DNA of 64,000 nucleotides from the NCBI GenBank assembly GCA_050084515.1, contig CM114271.1:10850001-10914000 (forward strand), in the 5' to 3' direction. Of this stretch, positions 13,241-23,337 are shown piece after piece. Made by a program: the position numbers and the translations under genes. The notes below the pieces were generated by a model. The model saw only the letters and a program-made list of their open reading frames with translations, ran no database searches and had not been told where the DNA came from. Numbering within the stretch: the first letter of the stretch is position 1; every line of letters begins with the position of its first letter. This DNA is from Blasia pusilla (taxonomy: Eukaryota).

Positions 13241-14620
13241 TCAATGTCTTCTCCGCTTCTGCCCTGCATTTGATTTTCCATATATATTGTTCTTCTTTGC
13301 TCGGCGAGTGGGAGGAGTAGCCAACATCTCTTCAAGAACTTCAGACCTTGACTTGCCTAGATCTCTACATTCCTCCATGGTGGGAGATAATCCAGTATGT
13401 CGTTGGATGGTCTTAGACCTTTTCAAGCTTTCATCCACAAGAAGAGTTGTATTTGTCTCAACCATGACCTGAGTAAAATGGAGTTGGGATGCACTTGGTA
13501 GCTCATCCTCCATGTTCTCACATTCTACTGCATTTGCTACTTGGGTCATGGATGGAGGCATGGTCCATTCTTCATTAATCTCATTTAGCTCCCTTAATAT
13601 ATGAGTATCAGATATGGGATCTAAATCCTCCACTTCAGTGGAAACCCCCCCTCTTGTAGAATCTTCCACTTCTTCTTGCAGTGAGACACTCTTCTTCCTT
13701 GCTGCATATGAGGATGCAACTTTCAACAAGTTCTTTTTCAAAGTAAGAAGGTCCTGAGAAGAAGGTCCCATGCTCACGCCATCAAGATGAGCATGACAAT
13801 CCTCACCTACTATAGTTGAATTCTTGAGAGAATCCAAATCTGTATTCACCGGAGTAACAAAGCTATGCTCGGGAGGAATCTTTGAGATGTGATGGTTAAC
13901 ACTATCTACAATGTCACACAATGAATCCACAAAATGTAAAGACTCAGATGTATCAACATGTATGTGACCAAGTCCAACAACATGTGTTGTCTCTCCTAAG
14001 TCATCCACGAGCTTTTCACTCACCTCTATCAAGCTGCCCATTCTGGACCCATCAGTCGGAATGCCTTCCATATTTGGACCATCATCTCCAACAGGTTCAT
14101 GAGTGGATGGAATGCATGGCACTTCTTCTAATGGTGTAGGAATAGAGGAAACTTCCACTGATACGGAAGTGCTTCCAACATCCAAAATTCCTACCTGAAT
14201 GGGATCCAAACCACCTTGTATGGATATGGTGGAAACAGGAGTTTGAGTAACTCCTATATGTGAGGTAGGACTTTCCCCAAATAAATCTCTATCTCCATGA
14301 TATGGACTTGTGCTCAAAGAACTGAAATCTGGAGTTTTCCTTTGTGGTGAGGTATTGGTGCTCTTTCCAGTAACCTCACACGGATGAGTATGAGGATCTA
14401 TGCTAACACATGATGGAATGCCTTCCATGCCTCTAACTGTAGGTTGCACTAATGGTTCTCCTACATCATCTTCATCTACCTCCATGGAAATAGGGATCTC
14501 TATAGGCACCGTGGAAGAGCCATTACCAACCTCATGCCTCACTCTCTTCTTGAGCCTTTTGAAGACTCGTGGTAATCTCTCCTCAGATGCAATGGTTCCT
14601 CCCATGGATCTGGTCCGCAT
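13241..14620 (-). CDS. Hypothetical 459-aa acidic, probably disordered protein with basic NLS-like ends
   Basis: Uninterrupted 1380-bp ORF, S/T/E/D/P-rich, with N-terminal FKRLKKR and C-terminal QKRRRH. Confidence 0.5.
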   Translation of the reverse strand: MRTRSMGGTIASEERLPRVFKRLKKRVRHEVGNGSSTVPIEIPISMEVDEDDVGEPLVQPTVRGMEGIPSCVSIDPHTHPCEVTGKSTNTSPQRKTPDFSSLSTSPYHGDRDLFGESPTSHIGVTQTPVSTISIQGGLDPIQVGILDVGSTSVSVEVSSIPTPLEEVPCIPSTHEPVGDDGPNMEGIPTDGSRMGSLIEVSEKLVDDLGETTHVVGLGHIHVDTSESLHFVDSLCDIVDSVNHHISKIPPEHSFVTPVNTDLDSLKNSTIVGEDCHAHLDGVSMGPSSQDLLTLKKNLLKVASSYAARKKSVSLQEEVEDSTRGGVSTEVEDLDPISDTHILRELNEINEEWTMPPSMTQVANAVECENMEDELPSASQLHFTQVMVETNTTLLVDESLKRSKTIQRHTGLSPTMEECRDLGKSRSEVLEEMLATPPTRRAKKNNIYGKSNAGQKRRRH

Positions 14621-14638
14621 AGCTCTTCGTCTCGGCTC

Positions 14639-15661
14639 CTATGGCTCTTTATGGACATCCTGGTCCTGTCCCATCTCCTCAACCAGAATAGGACTCCTCC
14701 GTGTAACACAATCATGAACCATCTTAGAAGACCTTCGTGGGTGCAAAACTTCAAAGTCACTACTACGTTGAGAGTTATCTGATGTAGAAGTGGACGAGGT
14801 ACAGGACTTATTGGAGCTACCTCCAACTCCAGATTGATGTACACTCTTTCTAGACCATTGAAGATCTACATCTATCTTCTCTTTGGGCACATACCTACAT
14901 GCCCTTTCCTCACAAACCTCCTTCACTTTATCTGAATTCCTCTTCTCCAACCATTCTCGATATTGTTGCTTTGCCATGAAGTCTGAGTATTTTTCCTGAT
15001 CTCTTTCAAGCCAACCCATCAAGTTTTGCTTCTTCCTAGCTATCCAAGCAATTGTCTCCCTCACTTGCTGATCTCTCTCAATAGAATATTCAGAAGGAAG
15101 CAAATCCAAGTCTACACCCCCTTTCTTCTCCACCACCCCCCATAGTTTCTTCACCAAGTGAAGGTGTACAAAATATTCCTTGCCCCTTCCAATCAAATCT
15201 GTAGATGTAGGATCACTTGCTCTCTCAATGGCAGCCACGCATCCCAACACCACCATCTTCATCGTGGCATTGCTTGATTGGCACTCACGAACTCTCAAAA
15301 TACAATGCCCATACTTTTTGTTGTCTAAGAGCTCTTCCCAATCATCAATGGCAAAACACTGCTGAAGATCACACTCCATCAAAGCCAACAAGGATGGCTT
15401 CTTTCCCAAGTGAGGGATTCTAGGACGTTCTTTAATTGCTAACCATCTCTCTGAATGAAATTGGCGCAATCGATATAATTTCTCCCTTCTCATTTTTTCC
15501 TCTCTCTTGGTTGCATCACCAAGTTTCCTCAACTTCTCTTGCTCTCTTTGGGAATCACTAATCTGCCTTTTACCGCCCTTTGTAGGGTCCATAGGAGGTC
15601 TATCCGCATGTTCCGATGGAACTAAGTAGCATTGTTCCAGGTTTGGATGCTTCTTAATCAA
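14639..15661 (-). CDS. Hypothetical ~340-aa highly charged helical protein
   Basis: Uninterrupted 1023-bp ORF, K/E/R-rich. Start codon uncertain. Ends 18 bp before the next co-oriented ORF. Confidence 0.5.
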   Translation of the reverse strand: MIKKHPNLEQCYLVPSEHADRPPMDPTKGGKRQISDSQREQEKLRKLGDATKREEKMRREKLYRLRQFHSERWLAIKERPRIPHLGKKPSLLALMECDLQQCFAIDDWEELLDNKKYGHCILRVRECQSSNATMKMVVLGCVAAIERASDPTSTDLIGRGKEYFVHLHLVKKLWGVVEKKGGVDLDLLPSEYSIERDQQVRETIAWIARKKQNLMGWLERDQEKYSDFMAKQQYREWLEKRNSDKVKEVCEERACRYVPKEKIDVDLQWSRKSVHQSGVGGSSNKSCTSSTSTSDNSQRSSDFEVLHPRRSSKMVHDCVTRRSPILVEEMGQDQDVHKEP

Positions 15662-16429
15662 GTGTTGGTTTCACTTTGTCTTGTTCTTGGCAGAGAACAT
15701 ACGGTTGCAAACCAAGCATATCCACTTGGTGCCATCATGTAAATATCTCCAATACGTATTCTCCCCCAAAGAAACACCACATATAGCTCGAGAGAGATCT
15801 GGATTTGAAGTAGACATAGAGATATCACTCTTGAGACACATTGAATTCTAGAGAAAAAGTCACAAAACAACAATTTTATTTACTTCTGAGGGAGAGAGAA
15901 AGAGAACTTTTTTGGCTGTCAAAGATGTATACTACATCTACTGTGTGAGATAAATATGATGAAAGGCCCATCTATGGTGAACGTGCATGGTGGCAAAAGC
16001 TAAGAGAGCTCAGCCAATGCCGACAGGAAAGGGGAAGGTACTAATTCCAAATTCCTCTTCGATTTGCTTCTTTAAGTTAATTCTGCTTTTAAGCTATTGA
16101 ATCATGAGTGTGTATTGTTTGTCCTCTGCAGCTGAAGCTTCGAAGATGAGATGGTTGAGCACCTCATCAGCTACATCTCCTCCATCTCCACTCTAACTGG
16201 TTTCAGATATGTCATCTTTCATGGACATTTCCAAAACGTCCTCGTCTGCATGGAGCAGCTTGAGAGCTGGCTCACTGTACCATTCATAATGGATATCTTC
16301 CACAGTTCTGGTTCAGCATCTATGTGCAGCTTGCACATAGACGTACTGATATTTGCAATAGCCGACCAAATATCGTTTGTAAGGACATGATATCTCTGCA
16401 GGGACAACAAATTGACCATTTATAGGGAC

Positions 16430-16910
16430 ATATACTGATCTGGAGAGGATCGCTAACAGGACCAGTCTCTTAGGCATTGTACAAGTTCCGATTGTCAAGA
16501 CACGAAGTAGAGGTTCCTCAAGTTCTGATCTGCAGATCAGTTCCTTGAGGAACTTGTCTTGTTCTGGAGAGGATTGCTAGCAGGACCAGTCTCTTAGGCA
16601 TTGTACAAGTTCCGATTGTCAAGACACGAAGTAGAGGTTCCTCAAGTTCCGATTGTCAAGACATGAAGTAGAGGTTCCTCAAGTTCCGATTGTCCAGATC
16701 AGTACTCAAGGAACTGATCTTGTTCCTTGAGGAACCTCAAGCTCCTCTCCAAAACAGAACAAGACAATCTGCAAATCAGTTCCTTGAGGAACCTTTTACT
16801 CAAGGAACAAGATCAGTTCCTTGAGTACTGATCAAGTTTAGATTGTCCAGATCAGTACTCAAGTAGAGGTTCCTCAAGGAACAAGATCAATTCCTTGAGG
16901 AACCTCTACT
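16430..16910. repeat. Patchwork of short direct and inverted repeats
   Basis: Blocks CAAGTTCCGATTGTCAAGACACGAAGTAGAGGTTCCT, GATCAGTTCCTTGAGGAAC and CTCAAGGAACAAGATC recur many times in both orientations. Confidence 0.85.
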
Positions 16911-17068
16911 GCAACTTCCGGGGGCCATGAAATGTGTGAATTTAGTAGTCAAGAAATCCTAATAGAGACTAAAAGACAAACCTACAGAAGTCGATTCTCT
17001 TCTCTTTTCTTGAGAAATTGGCAGGTCGTTCACAGGTTTCTCCAAATCATTTTCCGTGTTCAGATCGG

Positions 17069-17704
17069 CTATTTCATGTGAGTGGTTTCAACGAGTGTCT
17101 TCTTCTCTGGAGGATCCTCTCTCACCAATGAGGCACCAATGGCCTCGGCACTCTGGTTCTCCTCGATATGGATGCTGTAGCGAGAGTCGAATGTGAGACT
17201 TCGTGCATTCCCGATTCTGTCAACTACTCGAACTGGAAGCCCGAGATGGTAAATCGAGGATGCGATTTGTGACCTTCCCCGCCTTCGAACAATGAGAGGG
17301 TCCTCAATGACCCTCAAAGCTCTTGCAAACGCAGGGGCCAGGATAAATCTCTGCTGGTTATCATGCTTGAATCCGCTCTGAGTAGAGAACATCTGAGGTA
17401 ACTCTATCATGAAATTTTGGGGGAGCCCCTCTCTTATGTAGCTGGATTGATCGTTCATAATATTCATGAGATCATTGGTTGTGTTTTGTCGGATTCTTAC
17501 ATCCGTAGTATTGATGCAGATAGTCAATGCTATTATGATCCCGCGGAGAATTATCTTTGGTCGGTACCAAGTCCAACGGATATCCTCATCACGGAGCCAA
17601 AACACATCATTTGAGTTGAAGCTTCCCAAAATATGAAGACTTAAGTCCGAAAGTAACTGGAGGGCTCCTTGGAAATGAGGATGACTAGTGTAGCTAGCGT
17701 TCAT
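17069..17704 (-). CDS. Hypothetical 211-aa protein
   Basis: Open 636-bp frame with globular-looking composition. No family recognised. Confidence 0.35.
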   Translation of the reverse strand: MNASYTSHPHFQGALQLLSDLSLHILGSFNSNDVFWLRDEDIRWTWYRPKIILRGIIIALTICINTTDVRIRQNTTNDLMNIMNDQSSYIREGLPQNFMIELPQMFSTQSGFKHDNQQRFILAPAFARALRVIEDPLIVRRRGRSQIASSIYHLGLPVRVVDRIGNARSLTFDSRYSIHIEENQSAEAIGASLVREDPPEKKTLVETTHMK

Positions 17705-18488
17705 AACTGAAGTGAAGCAGGAGATACGTCTGATGTACGAGGTTGGAATTGGGATCTTGCATGGGTTGTGGTTCTTCCTCTACTTCAGTCTATACCTGCC
17801 GGTTCTCTGGAGTAGGACACGGCCAGAGTCTGGTTTCGTACTCTTGATCAGGAAGAGTGAAAAGGCATTCTAGAGAGAAAGTGAAAAATAACACGGGAAA
17901 CAGTAAGAATAAATTCACCCACCAAAAAGCGACAAGGGAAGGGTAAGGGGAAAAGCACACAGTGTTCAAATGAATTTCTACGTAAACAAACCCACGTAAT
18001 GGCACGTCACAAGCCAGAATAAGTAGAGGGATCTTACCGCCTTCAAAAGCGATCGCTTCCCAAGTTCGGGTCCAATTTCAGATAGACTTTATGTTTGTAC
18101 TCACTTCTTTCTGGATCTTCTTTCCACGATTCAACTTAGAGGCCTTTGTATCCGGCTTTGTATCCCCTGCGCATCCTCTTCGAATCCCCTCCGGATTGGT
18201 CTCCAAACTTAGGGAAATTCTTGACACAGAATAATACTAAGTGACAAGACACCCCACGAGACACAGACCGGATCTCACGAAAGCCATTCTTGCAATTTTC
18301 ATCAAGCCACTGTAGGAATCTTATGTACTTACCTTTTGAAGAAGCTTGATTCCAACTTCAATCTCGGAGAGCCTCGATGTGACGTTGAGCACGAAAGCGG
18401 CATGAGTTCATTAAGCCCTAAACGTGCTACGGTAAGTGTTTGTTTCAACGAACGTCGTAAGGGTGTCCGAGTCGGGATTAGTTTGGGA

Positions 18489-18626
18489 CGTAAGCATTCT
18501 AACGATGGTCCTGTAAGCATTCTGACCACTCGGAAGGGTTTCCATGGTCCAGTAAGCATTTTGACCACTCGGAAGGGTTTCCATGGTCCTGTAAGCATTC
18601 TGACAACTCCGGAAGGGTTTCCATGG
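18489..18626. repeat. Tandem repeat, 39-bp unit, ~3 copies
   Basis: ATGGTCCTGTAAGCATTCTGACCACTCGGAAGGGTTTCC repeated; seen as the GPVSILTTRKGFH repeats in ORF 18336-18713. Confidence 0.9.
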
Positions 18627-21349
18627 GATTTGAGGTCCAAAATGAAATTTCGTCGTTTAGGGTTCCTCTCAGACATTGGATCTCAACTACCTCCATCTCC
18701 ACCGTCTACGTAAAATGCAGCCTGATTGGTTAATACTTTGGTGCGGTGGATCAACTCCTACAGAATGCTAAAATTTCATTGGCCAATGGAGGGATCGGCA
18801 GTCCACACCTGAAATATATTTCCGGACTTAGAGTTCATTCTCACCGCCTTAGCAACCATATGAGCATTGATGATCGTTCGTACGCATGTGAACGTGCATG
18901 CCTACCATGGATGCACATGATGAATATCGGCCAAGAGCATGACCATGGATATCCGGTATGTATGGGGGTCGAGGGATAACTATGGGGGTCCAGGGGAAAG
19001 TCCGATATCCGACCTAGAGGGCGGATATTTAGAGGTCGGTCGGAAGAAAGTTCCCGGCTGACTGGCGCGACCCGAGTAACAGGTTGGGAGAGGGGATCGC
19101 GGGTAAGTAGGGGAGGTAGGGGGGGTTCCGGGGGTTCTAGAGGACCAGGGCCCATAGCAATAAAGGCTCTGAGTTCTCGGTTTATCGAGAGCCGTTTTTG
19201 GGCGAAGTACTAGACGTTCGGTTGAATGCGAGGTGCCCGAAGAGGTGGGCCCCCATCTCTTGCTGCCGGATGTCTGGTCCATTTTCTCATTTATTGCTAT
19301 GTATTTAATATGGTACTTAGCAAAATTAAATGTATTTGGACGTAATTGTAAGTCGTTCATATTTTACGGTAAAATTCTAAGATGACATTGCGAGACCTAC
19401 CTCCCGTATTATGAGACATCCTAATGTTGGAATGGAATGCCGCGGATATCAGTCATAAATGTTGCCATGGCATGGGGATGTTTATGAAGCATACATGGGA
19501 ACGATATCATGTACATGACCTCCATGCTAACCCGCAAGCCCACAAAAATTGCTCTAAAAAGTGTTGACCTTCTTCTTCTTTCTCTCCATCTTATGGGTGG
19601 CAAACGGGAGCTTGTGAGCTGACGTGTACTTGTCCAACCAATAGAAATTTATGTTGGAGATCCGTGTAAGCAACCAATCATGACTTGAGGATGAATCACC
19701 TCTAACGGTCGTCACAGCCCAACCATTGGATGGAAGCTGAGAACGATCTGATGGCAAAAAATTGTGTATCAATAGAATGGCTTCTGACATCATCGAATGA
19801 CCTCCTTCCTTCGCAAATCCTAAGCTCATTTACCAACGTTTTCTTAGTGGACTACTCACGGAATGGTTTCCCAAGATTGGAATGGTCTTTGATCTTTGGA
19901 ATGGTTTCTGTCGAACATCGCACATTGAAATTGTTGAATCTTCTTCTAATAAGGGCTTTCTCATCTACCAGGTTATTGCTAGGAGTAGCCAATTCATTGT
20001 TTGCTACATCTTTGACTAGACACGAGGGAGTATTCGTGAAAGCTACTAACGCTCGGTATCCCATTTGCAAAGTGTTAAAGGTCTGAGTACACGACGAATG
20101 CATGTTTGTGGTTGGAAATTTTTTTATTGTAATGCTTTCTGCCACACATTGCGATCTGCAAAAGCACTCAAAATTTTGTTCATGAGATGTTTCATCTGAC
20201 TTTTTAGGTCACTTCTTAGCCTCGCTAAAGGCCTTGGCTGGTGAGGACACTAGTTCCAGGCAGACGTGCTTCAACGAAGCGGACCGGTATGAGCTACTAG
20301 GGTATGTATCTTTTTTCTTTTTTCTTCCATGCACTCAAAGAAGCTTTGGCGGGGCTTGCTTGCGTGCGTTTGTTGGGACGGGCATTATGTTTACTAATTG
20401 AGTCATCAAATTGCTGAGGATATATAGAGCACTCCTCTGCAATTGTGAGAATTCTGAGCGGTGTGGTAAAATATGTGTACGCTCCATGGTGGATGTTTTT
20501 TTTTCCATTTTTCTTAGCCAACGTCTTCCTGCAATGAGCAATGTTCTTGAGGGTTTAGAAAGTGCATTTGTTCACAAGATGTAGTTGGGAAGGATAAGCC
20601 AATTCTCTTGAGTGTGAACTTATGAAAATTTTGGTGCTCATGTTGAGGTACTCCAAGAGTTTTCCACTCTTCCGCTCCTACTCATCTATAATATCTTGTC
20701 TCACGCAAGCCACATTGTATCGTTCTTGATCTAGACTTGCAGCCTTGTGATTAAGAAAGTCTCTATGGAACTAATTTATGCACACCTTTGAATGTTGGTG
20801 GCCGCACTCCCTAGTCATTGGTATGTGTATGCTCCTCTGTGTACATCTTCTTTGAATCAAACATTGAATCCACTATATTGATTGTGCACGATTTTTTTCA
20901 AGGTTGTTCAACTGAAGTTGTTTGATCATGAATGCACAAGTTATAATAGCACTCTTTGTTGAGGGGTAACTCAAAACGGACTCTTAAACCTCTCACATAG
21001 CTCTACACATAGGAAGTGAGGATGCGCAAAGTGTTTCAACACTAAAATTAAAAATCCACAAACATTCTTTCATATTGCGATGTTCATTTGTTGTTGTCTC
21101 AATGCTGGAAGAAGACATAAAAAAGGCTCATCAATTCCTTGTTGTAAGAAATTGTTGCTACACGCAATTCCGTGCAACAATGTGGGGAAGGGGTTTGGCA
21201 TCTTTGTTGGGAGAGTTGGTTTTGTTGTGCAGCGGTTCTAAAGAATTGAAAAGGGAGTTGATTGGATGGACAGAAGCCATGCAGTGCTTCATGATGCAAC
21301 TCCTTGATCACCTTATGCATGTGCATGTATCAGGGTTGGTTGACACTTG

Positions 21350-23335
21350 GTCTAGACCTTAGAGGGATTTTAATTGCCACAAGTCTCCATCCGGTGAATC
21401 CGCCATCCAATCTCTTACTCTCAAGGCTTGTAGGGAGCATTCCACCAATCTGTATGGAGCAATGAGCACTGCATTGCAAATCAAATCGATGGTCCCTACC
21501 TGCTCCAAGTCTTGCACCCCTAGAAACGAAATATCCCTCAATAGGGAACTCTGGTACCCTTGTATGGCGAACGCAAACAACAAGTTCGGAAAACGGAGGC
21601 ATAATTGTGGCACATGTTGTAGTGAAACGCGCCTCGCAACCTCATCAAGCTCAACATACAAATACTGATGCACGCGGAGTCCTGCTTGCAAAATAGCAGC
21701 CAACCTAGTGTTAATCCCTCCAAAGAGATCCAATACTCGAATACCCTCCTCTAGGATGCGCCACACAATTGGTGTGGTGTCCAAAGGTATCATCGTAGCA
21801 CTCTCGGCTACCTCGAGTTCCTTTGATCCGTCACGCTCTGGTGCAAATGTCTCACTCCATGCCATATACACGTGCTCATTGACCAAGCATCAAAGCTCCT
21901 CACTCAAGCCCCACATCGGCACCTCGCCTCCACAGAATGATGCGGCTACCATAACACTCCTCTCCCTAGAATAAGGGGGCATGGCTATGTCATTTGCATG
22001 GACATGCCCGTCAATCAAATCACTAGGCCACGTTAGGGCGCTGCTAAGTACTGTTAATGTCACCATCTCTCTTGGCCGTCACTCGATCATTCCACCTGTG
22101 AATCGAACGGGTAGTGAGCTAAGTCGCCCATGAATTGACTGCTTTCTTGCTTTATAGGATGCTGACTCCTACCAGTAATCTAGGGAAAATCCCATTGGGT
22201 ATAACACTGCTCCACCAACCAAGACATCATAGGACTCCGCATCGGTTACTATCGCCTTGGATCGCACCATGGACTCATCTGATGGATGTCCCAAGTGAAT
22301 CCTCACCATAACCTTATGTCGGGTCATAAATTCCATTGTACTCACTCCATCCAAGGATATATGTATCCTGAATGGGCTATGCTCCACATTGGCCCTCGTC
22401 ACGCCCAATCACGTAAATTCCGCCTTCCCCAACATCAGGGGTTGCGCTCCTGAATCCAACAAGATGCGTTGTGGACTAAAAAATCTGCCTCCTGGACTCA
22501 CCAACTAGAAGACTTCTCCCTCGTTATCCAGCAAGACAACACATGGCGACACCATGGCACGCTCTATAGCGGGTCTAGTGGGCATCTTTGCCATCCTAGC
22601 AGCCCCAACTTGCCATGACTCTAAGGTGGATGGCCCGAGCATAGGCTCCAAGGATAGGTCCACCGCCTTCTCTACAATCACCTCTAATTGTAACGCATGA
22701 ACATCAACTCCATGCTCACATAGGGTAGCAGGTAGGCGGAAAACCTCGGCATGCATACCTCTTGACGTCATAACATCGGAACCATAAAACAATGGGGTGC
22801 AATACATAGCAGTGGCTTCCCCCAACAACATACTCGACATGGGCTTTACATGAGCTTATGCAGTAGGAGTCATTGCACTCGCTTCTCCTATCACCCTCCG
22901 TGTTTGCACACCCACAACATCGATCCTTCGGGAACTTTGATCAAGACCCATCAATGGGGTCCTCATCGACTCGGACACCGTGAAAGACTAAGGAAGCCGG
23001 GTCTATTTCCTGGCCTCCCCTCTTTGCGGATCCAACTCTCCAATTGCTCCACGCGTAACAACAACGGCTATCTCATCTGTACAGCTACGCACATCCAACC
23101 AGGATCCTCCATATCTGTGGCTGCTCCATAAGACGTCGATGCCACTGATCCAACATCGGGTAATCTCAATGCCATGGCGGCAATCTACTACTGTAATTGT
23201 TGTATCTTAACGACAATCCCAATCTCATGCCCGACGTTTCCCTCGATGCATCTAGGTTGTAGACAACTACCTCCTCCACAAAACTCCCCCATCCTCGCAG
23301 GCGAATCCACCTCCTTGTCCCCCAATAGGACCACC
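21350..23335 (-). mobile_element. Decayed Ty3/Gypsy fragment: gag end, aspartic protease, then C5 DNA methyltransferase-like domain
   Basis: Protease motif RILLDSGAQPLMLG (~22428-22470) and YDVLVGGAVLYPMG. Downstream lies IRVLDLFGGI...YLYVELD...RDI...IDLI. Confidence 0.75.
21480..21886 (-). pseudogene. C5 cytosine DNA methyltransferase N-terminal part (DNMT3-like motifs I-III), truncated before the catalytic PC
   Basis: VLDLFGGI (motif I FxGxG), YVELDEVA (II), DI (III). IDLI is followed by unrelated sequence instead of GxPC. Confidence 0.75.
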
Positions 23336-23337
23336 TG

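Noticed and set aside
16430-16910. CRISPR-like 36-bp repeats
   Set aside because: Units abut or are inverted, with no unique spacers.
18960-19160. GC-rich block as a terminal inverted repeat of the SWIM-MULE element
   Set aside because: No matching partner or TSD found within the window.
19550-21340. Possible decayed gene on the minus strand
   Set aside because: Only short broken frames, with no motif I could assign.
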